Shown: positions 1-10,330 of the stretch, one piece after another
Layout of the letters: each line of letters opens with the position of its first letter
How positions within the stretch are numbered: position 1 is the first letter of the stretch
Notes under the pieces: model-generated
Told to the model about the DNA's origin: nothing
What the model saw: only the letters and a program-made list of their open reading frames with translations
The model's database searches: none
From: Eledone cirrhosa
Taxonomy: Eukaryota
Direction of reading: 5' to 3'
Assembly (NCBI GenBank): GCA_964016885.1
Contig: OZ024743.1
Location: forward strand, 138,322,001 to 138,386,000
DNA: 64,000 nucleotides
Translations under genes and position numbers: made by a program

Positions 1-1580
1 TGCTTGGTGCTTGGTGTTTGGTGTTTGGTGCTTGGTACTTGGTGTCTGGAGCTTGGTGTTTGGTGTTTGGTGCTTGGTGTTTGGTGCTTGGTGCTTGGTG
101 TTTGGTGTTTGGTGTTTGATGCTTGGTGTTTTATGCTTGGTGCTTGGTGTTTGGTGCTTGGTGTTTGTATTTGGTGCTTGGTGCTTGGTGTTTTGTGCTT
201 GGTTCTTGGTGTTTGGTGTTTGGTGCTTGGTACTTGGTGCTTGGTGTTAGGTGTTTGGTGCTTGGTGCTTGGTGTTTGGTGTTTGGTCCTTGGTGCTTGG
301 TCCTTGGTGTTTAGTGCTTGGTGCTTGGTGTTTGGTGTTTGGTGCTTGGTGCTTGGTGTTTGGTGTTTGGTGTTTGGTGCTTGGTGCTTGGTGTTTGGTG
401 CTTGGTGCTGGGTGGTTGGTGTTTGGTGCTTGGTACTTGGTGTTTCGTGCTAGGTGCATGGTGCTTGGTGTTTGGTGCTTGGTGCTTGGTGCTTCGTGTT
501 TGGTGTTTGGTGCTTGGTGTCTGGAGCTTGGTGTTTGGTGTTTGGTGCTTGGTGTTTGGTGTTTGGTGCTTGGTGCTTGGTGTTTGGTGCTTGGTGCTTG
601 GTGTTTGTACTTGGTGCTTGGTGCTTGGTGTTTGGTGCTTGGTTCTTGGTGTTTGGTGCTTGGTGTTTGGAGCTTGGTGCTTGGTGTTTGGTGATTGGTG
701 CTTGGTGTTTGTACTTGGTGCTTGGTGCTTGGTGTTTGGTGCTTGGTTCTTGGTGTTTGGTGCTTGGTGTTTGGAGCTTGGTGCTTGGTGTTTGGTGCTT
801 GGTGCTTGGTGGTTGGTGTTTGGTGCTTGGTGCTTGGTGTTTGGTGTTTGGTGCTTGGTGTTTGGTGTTTGGTGCTTGGTGCTTGGTGTTTGTTGCTTGG
901 TACTTGGTGCATGGTGTTTGGTGCTGGGTGCTTGGTGTTTTGTGCTTGGTTCTTGGTGTTTGGTGTTTGGTGCTTGGTACTTGGTGTCTGGAGCTTGGTG
1001 TTTGGTGTTTGGTGCTTGGTGTTTGGTGCTTGGTGCTTGGTGTTTGGTGTTTGGTGTTTGATGCTTGGTGTTTTATGCTTGGTACTTGGTGTTTGGTGCT
1101 TGGTGTTTGTATTTGGTGCTTGGTGCTTGGTGTTTTGTGCTTGGTTCTTGGTGTTTGGTGTTTGGTGCTTGGTACTTGGTGCTTGGTGTTAGGTGTTTGG
1201 TGCTTGGTGCTTGGTGTTTGGTTTTTGGTCCTTGGTGCTTGGTCCTTGGTGTTTAGTGCTTGGTGCTTGGTGTTTGTTGTTTGGTGCTTTCTGTTTGCTG
1301 CTTGGTGTTTGCTGCTTGGTGCTTGGTGCTTGGTGTTTGGTGTTTGGTGCTAGGTGCTTGGTGTTTGGTGTTTGGTGTTTGATGCTTGGTGTTTGGTGCT
1401 TGGTGTTTGGTGCTTGGTGCTTGGGGCTTGGTGTTTGGTGCTTGGTGCTTGGTGCTTGGTGTTTGGTGCTTGGTGCTTGGTGTTTGGTGTTTGGTGTTTG
1501 GTGCTTGGTGCTTGGTGTTTGGTGCTTGGTGCTTGGTGCTGGGTGGTTGATATTTGGTGCTTGGTGCTTGGTGTTTGGTG
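1..1580 (+). repeat. Block duplicated at +5,177 bp (copy at ~5178-6760); contains an internal ~330-bp block repeated at +942 bp
   Basis: ORF pairs 247..912/5424..6089, 318..1061/5495..6238, 454..1353/5631..6530 and 695..1192/5872..6369 are all offset by 5,177. ORFs 123..314 and 1065..1256 are offset by 942 (GTAC at 35 and 977). Confidence 0.9.
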
Positions 1581-1899
1581 CTTGGTGCTTGGTGCTTGTC
1601 TTTGGTGCTTGGTGTTTGGTGTTTGGTGCTTGGTGCTTTGTGTTTGGTGCTTGTTGATTAGTGTTTGGTGCTTGGTACTTGGTGTTTGGTGCTTGGTGTT
1701 TGGTGTTTGCTGTTTGGTGTTTGCTGTTTGCTGTTTGCTGTTTGGTGTCTGCTTTTTGGTGTTTGGTGTTTGATGTATGGTGTTTGCTGTTTCGTGTTTG
1801 GTGTTTGCTGTTTGGTGTTTGGTGTTTGCTGTTTGGTGTTTGGTCTTTGGTGCTTGGTGTTTGGTGCTTGGTGCTTGGTGTTTGGTGTTTGGTGCTTGG

Positions 1900-4300
1900 T
1901 GCTTGGTGCTTGGTGTTTGGTGCTTGGTGCTTGGTGTTTGGTGTTTGGTGTTTGGTGCTTGGTGCTTGGTGTTTGGTGCTTGGTGCTGGGTGCTTGGTGT
2001 TTGGTGCTTGGTGCTTGGTGTTTCGTGCTAGGTGCATGGTGCTTGGTGTTTGGTGCTTGGTGCTTGGTGCTTGGTCTTTGGTGTTTGGTGTTTAGTGCTT
2101 GGTGCTTGGTGCTTGGTGCTTGGTGCTTGGTCCTTGGTGTTTGGTGCTTGGTGCTTGGTGTTTGGTGTTTGGTGCTTGGTGCTTGGTGCTTCGTGTTTGG
2201 TGTTTGGTGCTTGGTGTCTGGAGCTTGGTGTTTGGTGTTTGGTGCTTGGTGTTTGGTGTTTGGTGCTTGGTGCTTGGTGTTTGGTGCTTGGTGCTTGGTG
2301 TTTGTACTTGGTGCTTGGTGCTTGGTGTTTGGTGCTTGGTTCTTGGTGTTTGGTGCTTGGTGTTTGGAGCTTGGTGCTTGGTGTTTGGTGCTTGGTGCTT
2401 GCTGCTGGCTGCTTGGTGTTTGGTGCTTGGTGATTGGTGCTTGGTGTTTGGTGCTTGGTGTTTGGTGTTTGGTACTAGGTGCTTGGTGCTTGGTGTTTGG
2501 TGCTTGGTGCTTGGTGTTTGGTGTTTGGTGCTTGGTGCTTGGTGTTTGGTGCTTGGTGCTGGGTTCTGGGTGGTTGGTGTTTGGTGCTTGGTGTTTGGTG
2601 CTGGGTGCTTGGTGTTTGGTGCTTGGTGCTTAGTCTTTGGTGTTTGGTGTTTGGTGTTTGGGGCTTGGTGCTTGGTGCTTAGTGTTTGGTGCTAGGTGCT
2701 TGGGGTTTGGTGTTTGGTGCTTGGTGCTTGGTGTTTGTTGCTTGGTGCTTGCTGTTTGGTGTTTGGTGCTTGGTGCTTGGTGTTTGGTGTTTGGTGTTTG
2801 GTGCTTGGTGCTTGGTGTTTGGTGCTTGGTGCTGGGTGGTTGGTGTTTGGTGCTTGGTGCTTGGTGTTTCGTGCTAGGTGCATGGTGCTTGGTGTTTGGT
2901 GCTTGGTGCTTGGTGCTTGGTCTTTGGTGTTTGGTGTTTAGTGCTTGGTGCTTGGTGCTTGGTGCTTGGTGCTTGGTCCTTGGTGTTTGGTGCTTGGTGC
3001 TTGGTGTTTGGTGTTTGGTGCTTGGTGCTTGGTGCTTCATGTTTGGTGTTTGGTGCTTGGTGTCTGGAGCTTGGTGTTTGGTGTTTGGTGCTTGGTGTTT
3101 GGTGTTTGGTGCTTGGTGCTTGGTGTTTGGTGCTTGGTGCTTGGTGTTTGTACTTGGTGCTTGGTGCTTGGTGTTTGGTGCTTGGTTCTTGGTGTTTGGT
3201 GCTTGGTGTTTGGAGCTTGGTGCTTGGTGTTTGGTGCTTGGTGCTTGGTGTTTGTACTTGGTGCTTGGTGCTTGGTGTTTGGTGCTTGGTTCTTGGTGTT
3301 TGGTGCTTGGTGTTTGGAGCTTGGTGCTTGGTGTTTGGTGCTTGGTGCTTGGTGTTTGGTGTTTGGTGCTTGGTGCTTGGTGTTTGGTGTTTGGTGCTTG
3401 GTGTTTGGTGTTTGGTGCTTGGTGCTTGGTGTTTGTTGCTTGGTACTTGGTGCATGGTGTTTGGTGCTGGGTGCTTGGTGTTTTGTGCTTGGTTCTTGGT
3501 GCTTGGTGTTTGGTGCTTGGTACTTGGTGTGTGGAGCTTGGTGTTTGGTGTTTGGTGCTTGGTGTTTGGTGCTTGGTGCTTGGTGTTTGGTGTTTGGTGT
3601 TTGATGCTTGGTGTTTTATGCTTGGTGCTTGGTGTTTGGTGCTTGGTGTTTGTATTTGGTGCTTGGTGCTTGGTGTTTTGTGCTTGGTTCTTGGTGTTTG
3701 GTGTTTGGTGCTTGGTACTTGGTGCTTGGTGTTAGGTGTTTGGTGCTTGGTGCTTGGTGTTTGGTGTTTGGTCCTTGGTGCTTGGTCCTTGGTGTTTAGT
3801 GCTTGGTGCTTGGTGTTTGTTGTTTGGTGCTTTCTGTTTGCTGCTTGGTGTTTGCTGCTTGGTGCTTGGTGCTTGGTGTTTGGTGTTTGGTGCTAGGTGC
3901 TTGGTGTTTGGTGTTTGGTGTTTGATGCTTGGTGTTTGGTGCTTGGTGTTTGGTGCTTGGTGCTTGGGGCTTGGTGTTTGGTGCTTGGTGCTTGGTGCTT
4001 GGTGTTTGGTGCTTGGTGCTTGGTGTTTGGTGTTTGGTGTTTGGTGCTTGGTGCTTGGTGTTTGGTGCTTGGTGCTTGGTGCTGGGTGGTTGGTATTTGG
4101 TGCTTGGTGCTTGGTGTTTGGTGCTTGGGGCTTGGTGCTTGGTGCTTGGTGCTTGGTGCTTGGTGCTTGTCTTTGGTGCTTGGTGTTTGGTGTTTGGTGC
4201 TTGGTGCTTTGTGTTTGGTGCTTGTTGATTAGTGTTTGGTGCTTGGTACTTGGTGTTTGGTGCTTGGTGTTTGGTGTTTGCTGTTTGGTGTTTGCTGTTT
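1900..4300 (+). repeat. ~2.4-kb block duplicated at +8,640 bp (~10540-12940); an outlying member of the 2.6-kb HOR family
   Basis: 60-nt lines 1921-4261 match lines 10561-12901 nearly base for base. ORFs 2032/10672, 2637/11277, 2878/11518 and 3608/12248 are all offset by 8,640. Confidence 0.93.
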
Positions 4301-4559
4301 GCTGTTTGCTGTTTGGTGTCTGCTTTTTGGTGTTTGGTGTTTGCTGTATGGTGTTTGCTGTTTCGTGTTTGGTGTTTGCTGTTTGGTGTTTGGTGTTTGC
4401 TGTTTGGTGTTTGGTCTTTGGTGCTTGGTGTTTGGTGCTTGGTGCTTGGTGTTTGGTGTTTGGTGCTTGGTGCTTGGTGCTTGGTGCTTGGTCCTTGGTG
4501 ATTGGTGCTTGGTGCTTGGTGTTTGGTGTTTGGTGCTTGGTGCTTGGTGCTTCGTGTTT

Positions 4560-7500
4560 GTTGTTTGGTGCTTTCTGTTTGCTGCTTGGTGTTTGCTGCT
4601 TGGTGCTTGGTGCTTGGTGTTTGGTGTTTGGTGCTAGGTGCTTGGTGTTTGGTGTTTGGTGTTTGATGCTTGGTGTTTGGTGCTTGGTGTTTGGTGCTTG
4701 GTGCCTGGGGCTTGGTGTTTGGTGCTTGGTGCTTGGTGCTTGGTGTTTGGTGCTTGGTGCTTGGTGTTTGGTGTTTGGTGTTTGGTGCTTGGTGCTTGGT
4801 GTTTGGTGCTTGGTGCTTGGTGCTGGGTGGTTGGTATTTGGTGCTTGGTGCTTGGTGTTTGGTGCTTGGTGCTTGGTGCTTGGTGTTTGGTGCTTGGTGC
4901 TTGGTGCTTGGTCTTTGGTGCTTGGTGTTTGGTGTTTGGTGCTTGGTGCTTTGTGTTTGGTGCTTGGTGATTAGTGTTTGGTGCTTGGTACTTGGTGTTT
5001 GGTGCTTGGTGTTTGGTGTTTGCTGTTTGGTGTTTGGTGTTTGGTGTTTGCTGTTTGGTGTCTGCTTTTTGGTGTTTGGTGTTTGCTGTATGGTGTTTGC
5101 TGTTTCGTGTTTGGAGTTTGCTGTTTGGTGTTTGGTGTTTGCTGTTTGGTGTTTGGTCTTTGGTGCTTGGTGTTTGGTGCTTGGTGCTTGGTGTTTGGTG
5201 TTTGGTGCTTGGTACTTGGTGTCTGGAGCTTGGTGTTTGGTGTTTGGTGCTTGGTGTTTGGTGCTTGGTGCTTGGTGTTTGGTGTTTGGTGTTTGATGCT
5301 TGGTGTTTTATGCTTGGTGCTTGGTGTTTGGTACTTGGTGTTTGTATTTGGTGCTTGGTGCTTGGTGTTTTGTGCTTGGTTCTTGGTGTTTGGTGTTTGG
5401 TGCTTGGTACTTGGTGCTTGGTGTTAGGTGTTTGGTGCTTGGTGCTTGGTGTTTGGTGTTTGGTCCTTGGTGCTTGGTCCTTGGTGTTTAGTGCTTGGTG
5501 CTTGGTGTTTGGTGTTTGGTGCTTGGTGCTTGGTGTTTGGTGTTTGGTGTTTGGTGCTTGGTGCTTGGTGTTTGGTGCTTGGTGCTGGGTGGTTGGTGTT
5601 TGGTGCTTGGTGCTTGGTGTTTCGTGCTAGGTGCATGGTGCTTGGTGTTTGGTGCTTGGTGCTTGGTGCTTCGTGTTTGGTGTTTGGTGCTTGGTGTCTG
5701 GAGCTTGGTGTTTGGTGTTTGGTGCTTGGTGTTTGGTGTTTGGTGCTTGGTGCTTGGTGTTTGGTGCTTGGTGCTTGGTGTTTGTACTTGGTGCTTGGTG
5801 CTTGGTGTTTGGTGCTTGGTTCTTGGTGTTTGGTGCTTGGTGTTTGGAGCTTGGTGCTTGGTGTTTGGTGATTGGTGCTTGGTGTTTGTACTTGGTGCTT
5901 GGTGCTTGGTGTTTGGTGCTTGGTTCTTGGTGTTTGGTGCTTGGTGTTTGGAGCTTGGTGCTTGGTGTTTGGTGCTTGGTGCTTGGTGGTTGGTGTTTGG
6001 TGCTTGGTGCTTGGTGTTTGGTGTTTGGTGCTTGGTGTTTGGTGTTTGGTGCTTGGTGCTTGGTGTTTGTTGCTTGGTACTTGGTGCATGGTGTTTGGTG
6101 CTGGGTGCTTGGTGTTTTGTGCTTGGTTCTTGGTGTTTGGTGTTTGGTGCTTGGTACTTGGTGTCTGGAGCTTGGTGTTTGGTGTTTGGTGCTTGGTGTT
6201 TGGTGCTTGGTGCTTGGTGTTTGGTGTTTGGTGTTTGATGCTTGGTGTTTTATGCTTGGTGCTTGGTGTTTGGTGCTTGGTGTTTGTATTTGGTGCTTGG
6301 TGCTTGGTGTTTTGTGCTTGGTTCTTGGTGTTTGGTGTTTGGTGCTTGGTACTTGGTGCTTGGTGTTAGGTGTTTGGTGCTTGGTGCTTGGTGTTTGGTG
6401 TTTGGTCCTTGGTGCTTGGTCCTTGGTGTTTAGTGCTTGGTGCTTGGTGTTTGTTGTTTGGTGCTTTCTGTTTGCTGCTTGGTGTTTGCTGCTTGGTGCT
6501 TGGTGCTTGGTGTTTGGTGTTTGGTGCTAGGTGCTTGGTGTTTGGTGTTTGGTGTTTGATGCTTGGTGTTTGGTGCTTGGTGTTTGGTGCTTGGTGCTTG
6601 GGGCTTGGTGTTTGGTGCTTGGTGCTTGGTGCTTGGTGTTTGGTGCTTGGTGCTTGGTGTTTGGTGTTTGGTGTTTGGTGCTTGGTGCTTGGTGTTTGGT
6701 GCTTGGTGCTTGGTGCTGGGTGGTTGGTATTTGGTGCTTGGTGCTTGGTGTTTGGTGCTTGGGGCTTGGTGCTTGGTGTTTGGTGCTTGGTGCTTGGTGC
6801 TTGTCTTTGGTGCTTGGTGTTTGGTGTTTGGTGCTTGGTGCTTTGTGTTTGGTGCTTGTTGATTAGTGTTTGGTGCTTGGTACTTGGTGTTTGGTGCTTG
6901 GTGTTTGGTGTTTGCTGTTTGGTGTTTGCTGTTTCGTGTTTGGTGTTTGCTGTTTGGTGTTTGGTGTTTGCTGTTTGGTGTTTGGTCTTTGGTGCTTGGT
7001 GTTTGGTGCTTGGTGCTTGGTGTTTGGTGTTTGGTGCTTGGTGCTTGGTGCTTGGTGTTTGGTGCTTGGTGCTTGGTGTTTGGTGTTTGGTGTTTGGTGC
7101 TTGGTGCTTGGTGTTTGGTGCTTGGTGCTGGGTGGTTGGTGTTTGGTGCTTGGTGCTTGGTGTTTCGTGCTAGGTGCATGGTGCTTGGTGTTTGGTGCTT
7201 GGTGCTTGGTGCTTGGTCTTTGGTGTTTGGTGTTTAGTGCTTGGTGCTTGGTGCTTGGTGCTTGGTGCTTGGTCCTTGGTGTTTGGTGCTTGGTGCTTGG
7301 TGTTTGGTGTTTGGTGCTTGGTGCTTGGTGCTTCGTGTTTGGTGTTTGGTGCTTGGTGTCTGGAGCTTGGTGTTTGGTGTTTGGTGCTTGGTGTTTGGTG
7401 TTTGGTGCTTGGTGCTTGGTGTTTGGTGCTTGGTGCTTGGTGTTTGTACTTGGTGCTTGGTGCTTGGTGTTTGGTGCTTGGTTCTTGGTGTTTGGTGCTT

Positions 7501-10330
7501 GGTGTTTGGAGCTTGGTGCTTGGTGTTTGGTGCTTGGTGCTTGGTGTTTGTACTTGGTGCTTGGTGCTTGGTGTTTGGTGCTTGGTTCTTGGTGTTTGGT
7601 GCTTGGTGTTTGGAGCTTGGTGCTTGGTGTTTGGTGCTTGGTGCTTGGTGTTTGTTGCTTGGTACTTGGTGCATGGTGTTTGGTGCTGGGTGCTTGGTGT
7701 TTTGTGCTTGGTTCTTGGTGTTTGGTGTTTGGTGCTTGGTACTTGGTGTCTGGAGCTTGGTGTTTGGTGTTTGGTGCTTGGTGTTTGGTGCTTGGTGCTT
7801 GGTGTTTGGTGTTTGGTGTTTGATGCTTGGTGTTTTATGCTTGGTGCTTGGTGTTTGGTGCTTGGTGTTTGTATTTGGTGCTTGGTGCTTGGTGTTTTGT
7901 GCTTGGTTCTTGGTGTTTGGTGTTTGGTGCTTGGTACTTGGTGCTTGGTGTTACGTGTTTGGTGCTTGGTGCTTGGTGTTTGGTGTTTGGTCCTTGGTGC
8001 TTGGTCCTTGGTGTTTAGTGCTTGGTGCTTGGTGTTTGTTGTTTGGTGCTTTCTGTTTGCTGCTTGGTGTTTGCTGCTTGGTGCTTGGTGCTTGGTGTTT
8101 GGTGTTTGGTGCTAGGTGCTTGGTGTTTGGTGTTTGGTGTTTGATGCTTGGTGTTTGGTGCTTGGTGTTTGGTGCTTGGTGCCTGGGGCTTGGTGTTTGG
8201 TGCTTGGTGCTTGGTGCTTGGTGTTTGGTGCTTGGTGCTTGGTGTTTGGTGTTTGGTGTTTGGTGCTTGGTGCTTGGTGTTTGGTGCTTGGTGCTTGGTG
8301 CTGGGTGGTTGGTATTTGGTGCTTGGTGCTTGGTGTTTGGTGCTTGGTGCTTGGTGCTTGGTGTTTGGTGCTTGGTGCTTGGTGCTTGGTCTTTGGTGCT
8401 TGGTGTTTGGTGTTTGGTGCTTGGTGCTTTGTGTTTGGTGCTTGGTGATTAGTGTTTGGTGCTTGGTACTTGGTGTTTGGTGCTTGGTGTTTGGTGTTTG
8501 CTGTTTGGTGTTTGGTGTTTGGTGTTTGCTGTTTGGTGTCTGCTTTTTGGTGTTTGGTGTTTGCTGTATGGTGTTTGCTGTTTCGTGTTTGGTGTTTGCT
8601 GTTTGGTGTTTGGTGTTTGCTGTTTGGTGTTTGGTCTTTGGTGCTTGGTGTTTGGTGCTTGGTGCTTGGTGTTTGGTGTTTGGTGCTTGGTACTTGGTGT
8701 CTGGAGCTTGGTGTTTGGTGTTTGGTGCTTGGTGTTTGGTGCTTGGTGCTTGGTGTTTGGTGTTTGGTGTTTGATGCTTGGTGTTTTATGCTTGGTGCTT
8801 GGTGTTTGGTGCTTGGTGTTTGTATTTGGTGCTTGGTGCTTGGTGTTTTGTGCTTGGTTCTTGGTGTTTGGTGTTTGGTGCTTGGTACTTGGTGCTTGGT
8901 GTTAGGTGTTTGGTGCTTGGTGCTTGGTGTTTGGTGTTTGGTCCTTGGTGCTTGGTCCTTGGTGTTTAGTGCTTGGTGCTTGGTGTTTGGTGTTTGGTGC
9001 TTGGTGCTTGGTGTTTGGTGTTTGGTGTTTGGTGCTTGGTGCTTGGTGTTTGGTGCTTGGTGCTGGGTGGTTGGTGTTTGGTGCTTGGTGCTTGGTGTTT
9101 CGTGCTAGGTGCATGGTGCTTGGTGATGGGGCTTGGTGCTTGGTGCTTCGTGTTTGGTGTTTGGTGCTTGGTGTCTGGAGCTTGGTGTTTGGTGTTTGGT
9201 GCTTGGTGTTTGGTGTTTGGTGCTTGGTGCTTGGTGTTTGGTGCTTGGTGCTTGGTGTTTGTACTTGGTGCTTGGTGCTTGGTGTTTGGTGCTTGGTTCT
9301 TGGTGTTTGGTGCTTGGTGTTTGGAGCTTGGTGCTTGGTGTTTGGTGCTTGGTGCTTGGTGTTTGTACTTGGTGCTTGGTGCTTGGTGTTTGGTGCTTGG
9401 TTCTTGGTGTTTGGTGCTTGGTGTTTGGAGCTTGGTGCTTGGTGTTTGGTGCTTGGTGCTTGGTGGTTGGTGTTTGGTGCTTGGTGCTTGGTGTTTGGTG
9501 TTTGGTGCTTGGTGTTTGGTGTTTGGTGCTTGGTGCTTGGTGTTTGTTGCTTGGTACTTGGTGCATGGTGTTTGGTGCTGGGTGCTTGGTGTTTTGTGCT
9601 TGGTTCTTGGTGTTTGGTGTTTGGTGCTTGGTACTTGGTGTCTGGAGCTTGGTGTTTGGTGTTTGGTGCTTGGTGTTTGGTGCTTGGTGCTTGGTGTTTG
9701 GTGCTTGGTGTTTGTATTTGGTGCTTGGTGCTTGGTGTTTTGTGCTTGGTTCTTGGTGTTTGGTGTTTGGTGCTTGGTACTTGGTGCTTGGTGTTAGGTG
9801 TTTGGTGCTTGGTGCTTGGTGTTTGGTGTTTGGTCCTTGGTGCTTGGTCCTTGGTGTTTAGTGCTTGGTGCTTGGTGTTTGTTGTTTGGTGCTTTCTGTT
9901 TGCTGCTTGGTGTTTGCTGCTTGGTGCTTGGTGCTTGGTGTTTGGTGTTTGGTGCTAGGTGCTTGGTGTTTGGTGTTTGGTGTTTGATGCTTGGTGTTTG
10001 GTGCTTGGTGTTTGGTGCTTGGTGCTTGGGGCTTGGTGTTTGGTGCTTGGTGCTTGGTGCTTGGTGTTTGGTGCTTGGTGCTTGGTGTTTGGTGTTTGGT
10101 GTTTGGTGCTTGGTGCTTGGTGTTTGGTGCTTGGTGCTTGGTGCTGGGTGGTTGGTATTTGGTGCTTGGTGCTTGGTGTTTGGTGCTTGGGGCTTGGTGC
10201 TTGGTGTTTGGTGCTTGGTGCTTGGTGCTTGTCTTTGGTGCTTGGTGTTTGGTGTTTGGTGCTTGGTGCTTTGTGTTTGGTGCTTGTTGATTAGTGTTTG
10301 GTGCTTGGTACTTGGTGTTTGGTGCTTGGT
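4560..10330 (+). repeat. ~3.48-kb higher-order tandem repeat (one full unit ~4560-8040 plus partial second unit)
   Basis: ORFs 4638/8116, 4974/8452, 5300/8778 and 5428/8906 are offset by 3,478. Downstream pairs 6370/9798 and 6531/9959 are offset by 3,428 (1-bp loss near 9125 and 49-bp loss near 9700). Confidence 0.85.

Noticed and set aside
405-420. Chi-like motif or G-quadruplex at GCTGGGTGGTTGG
   Set aside because: The sequence is GCTGGGTGG, not E. coli Chi GCTGGTGG. G-runs are almost all GG with isolated GGG/GGGG, so the canonical four-G3-tract pattern is not met; only weak two-tier structures are conceivable.
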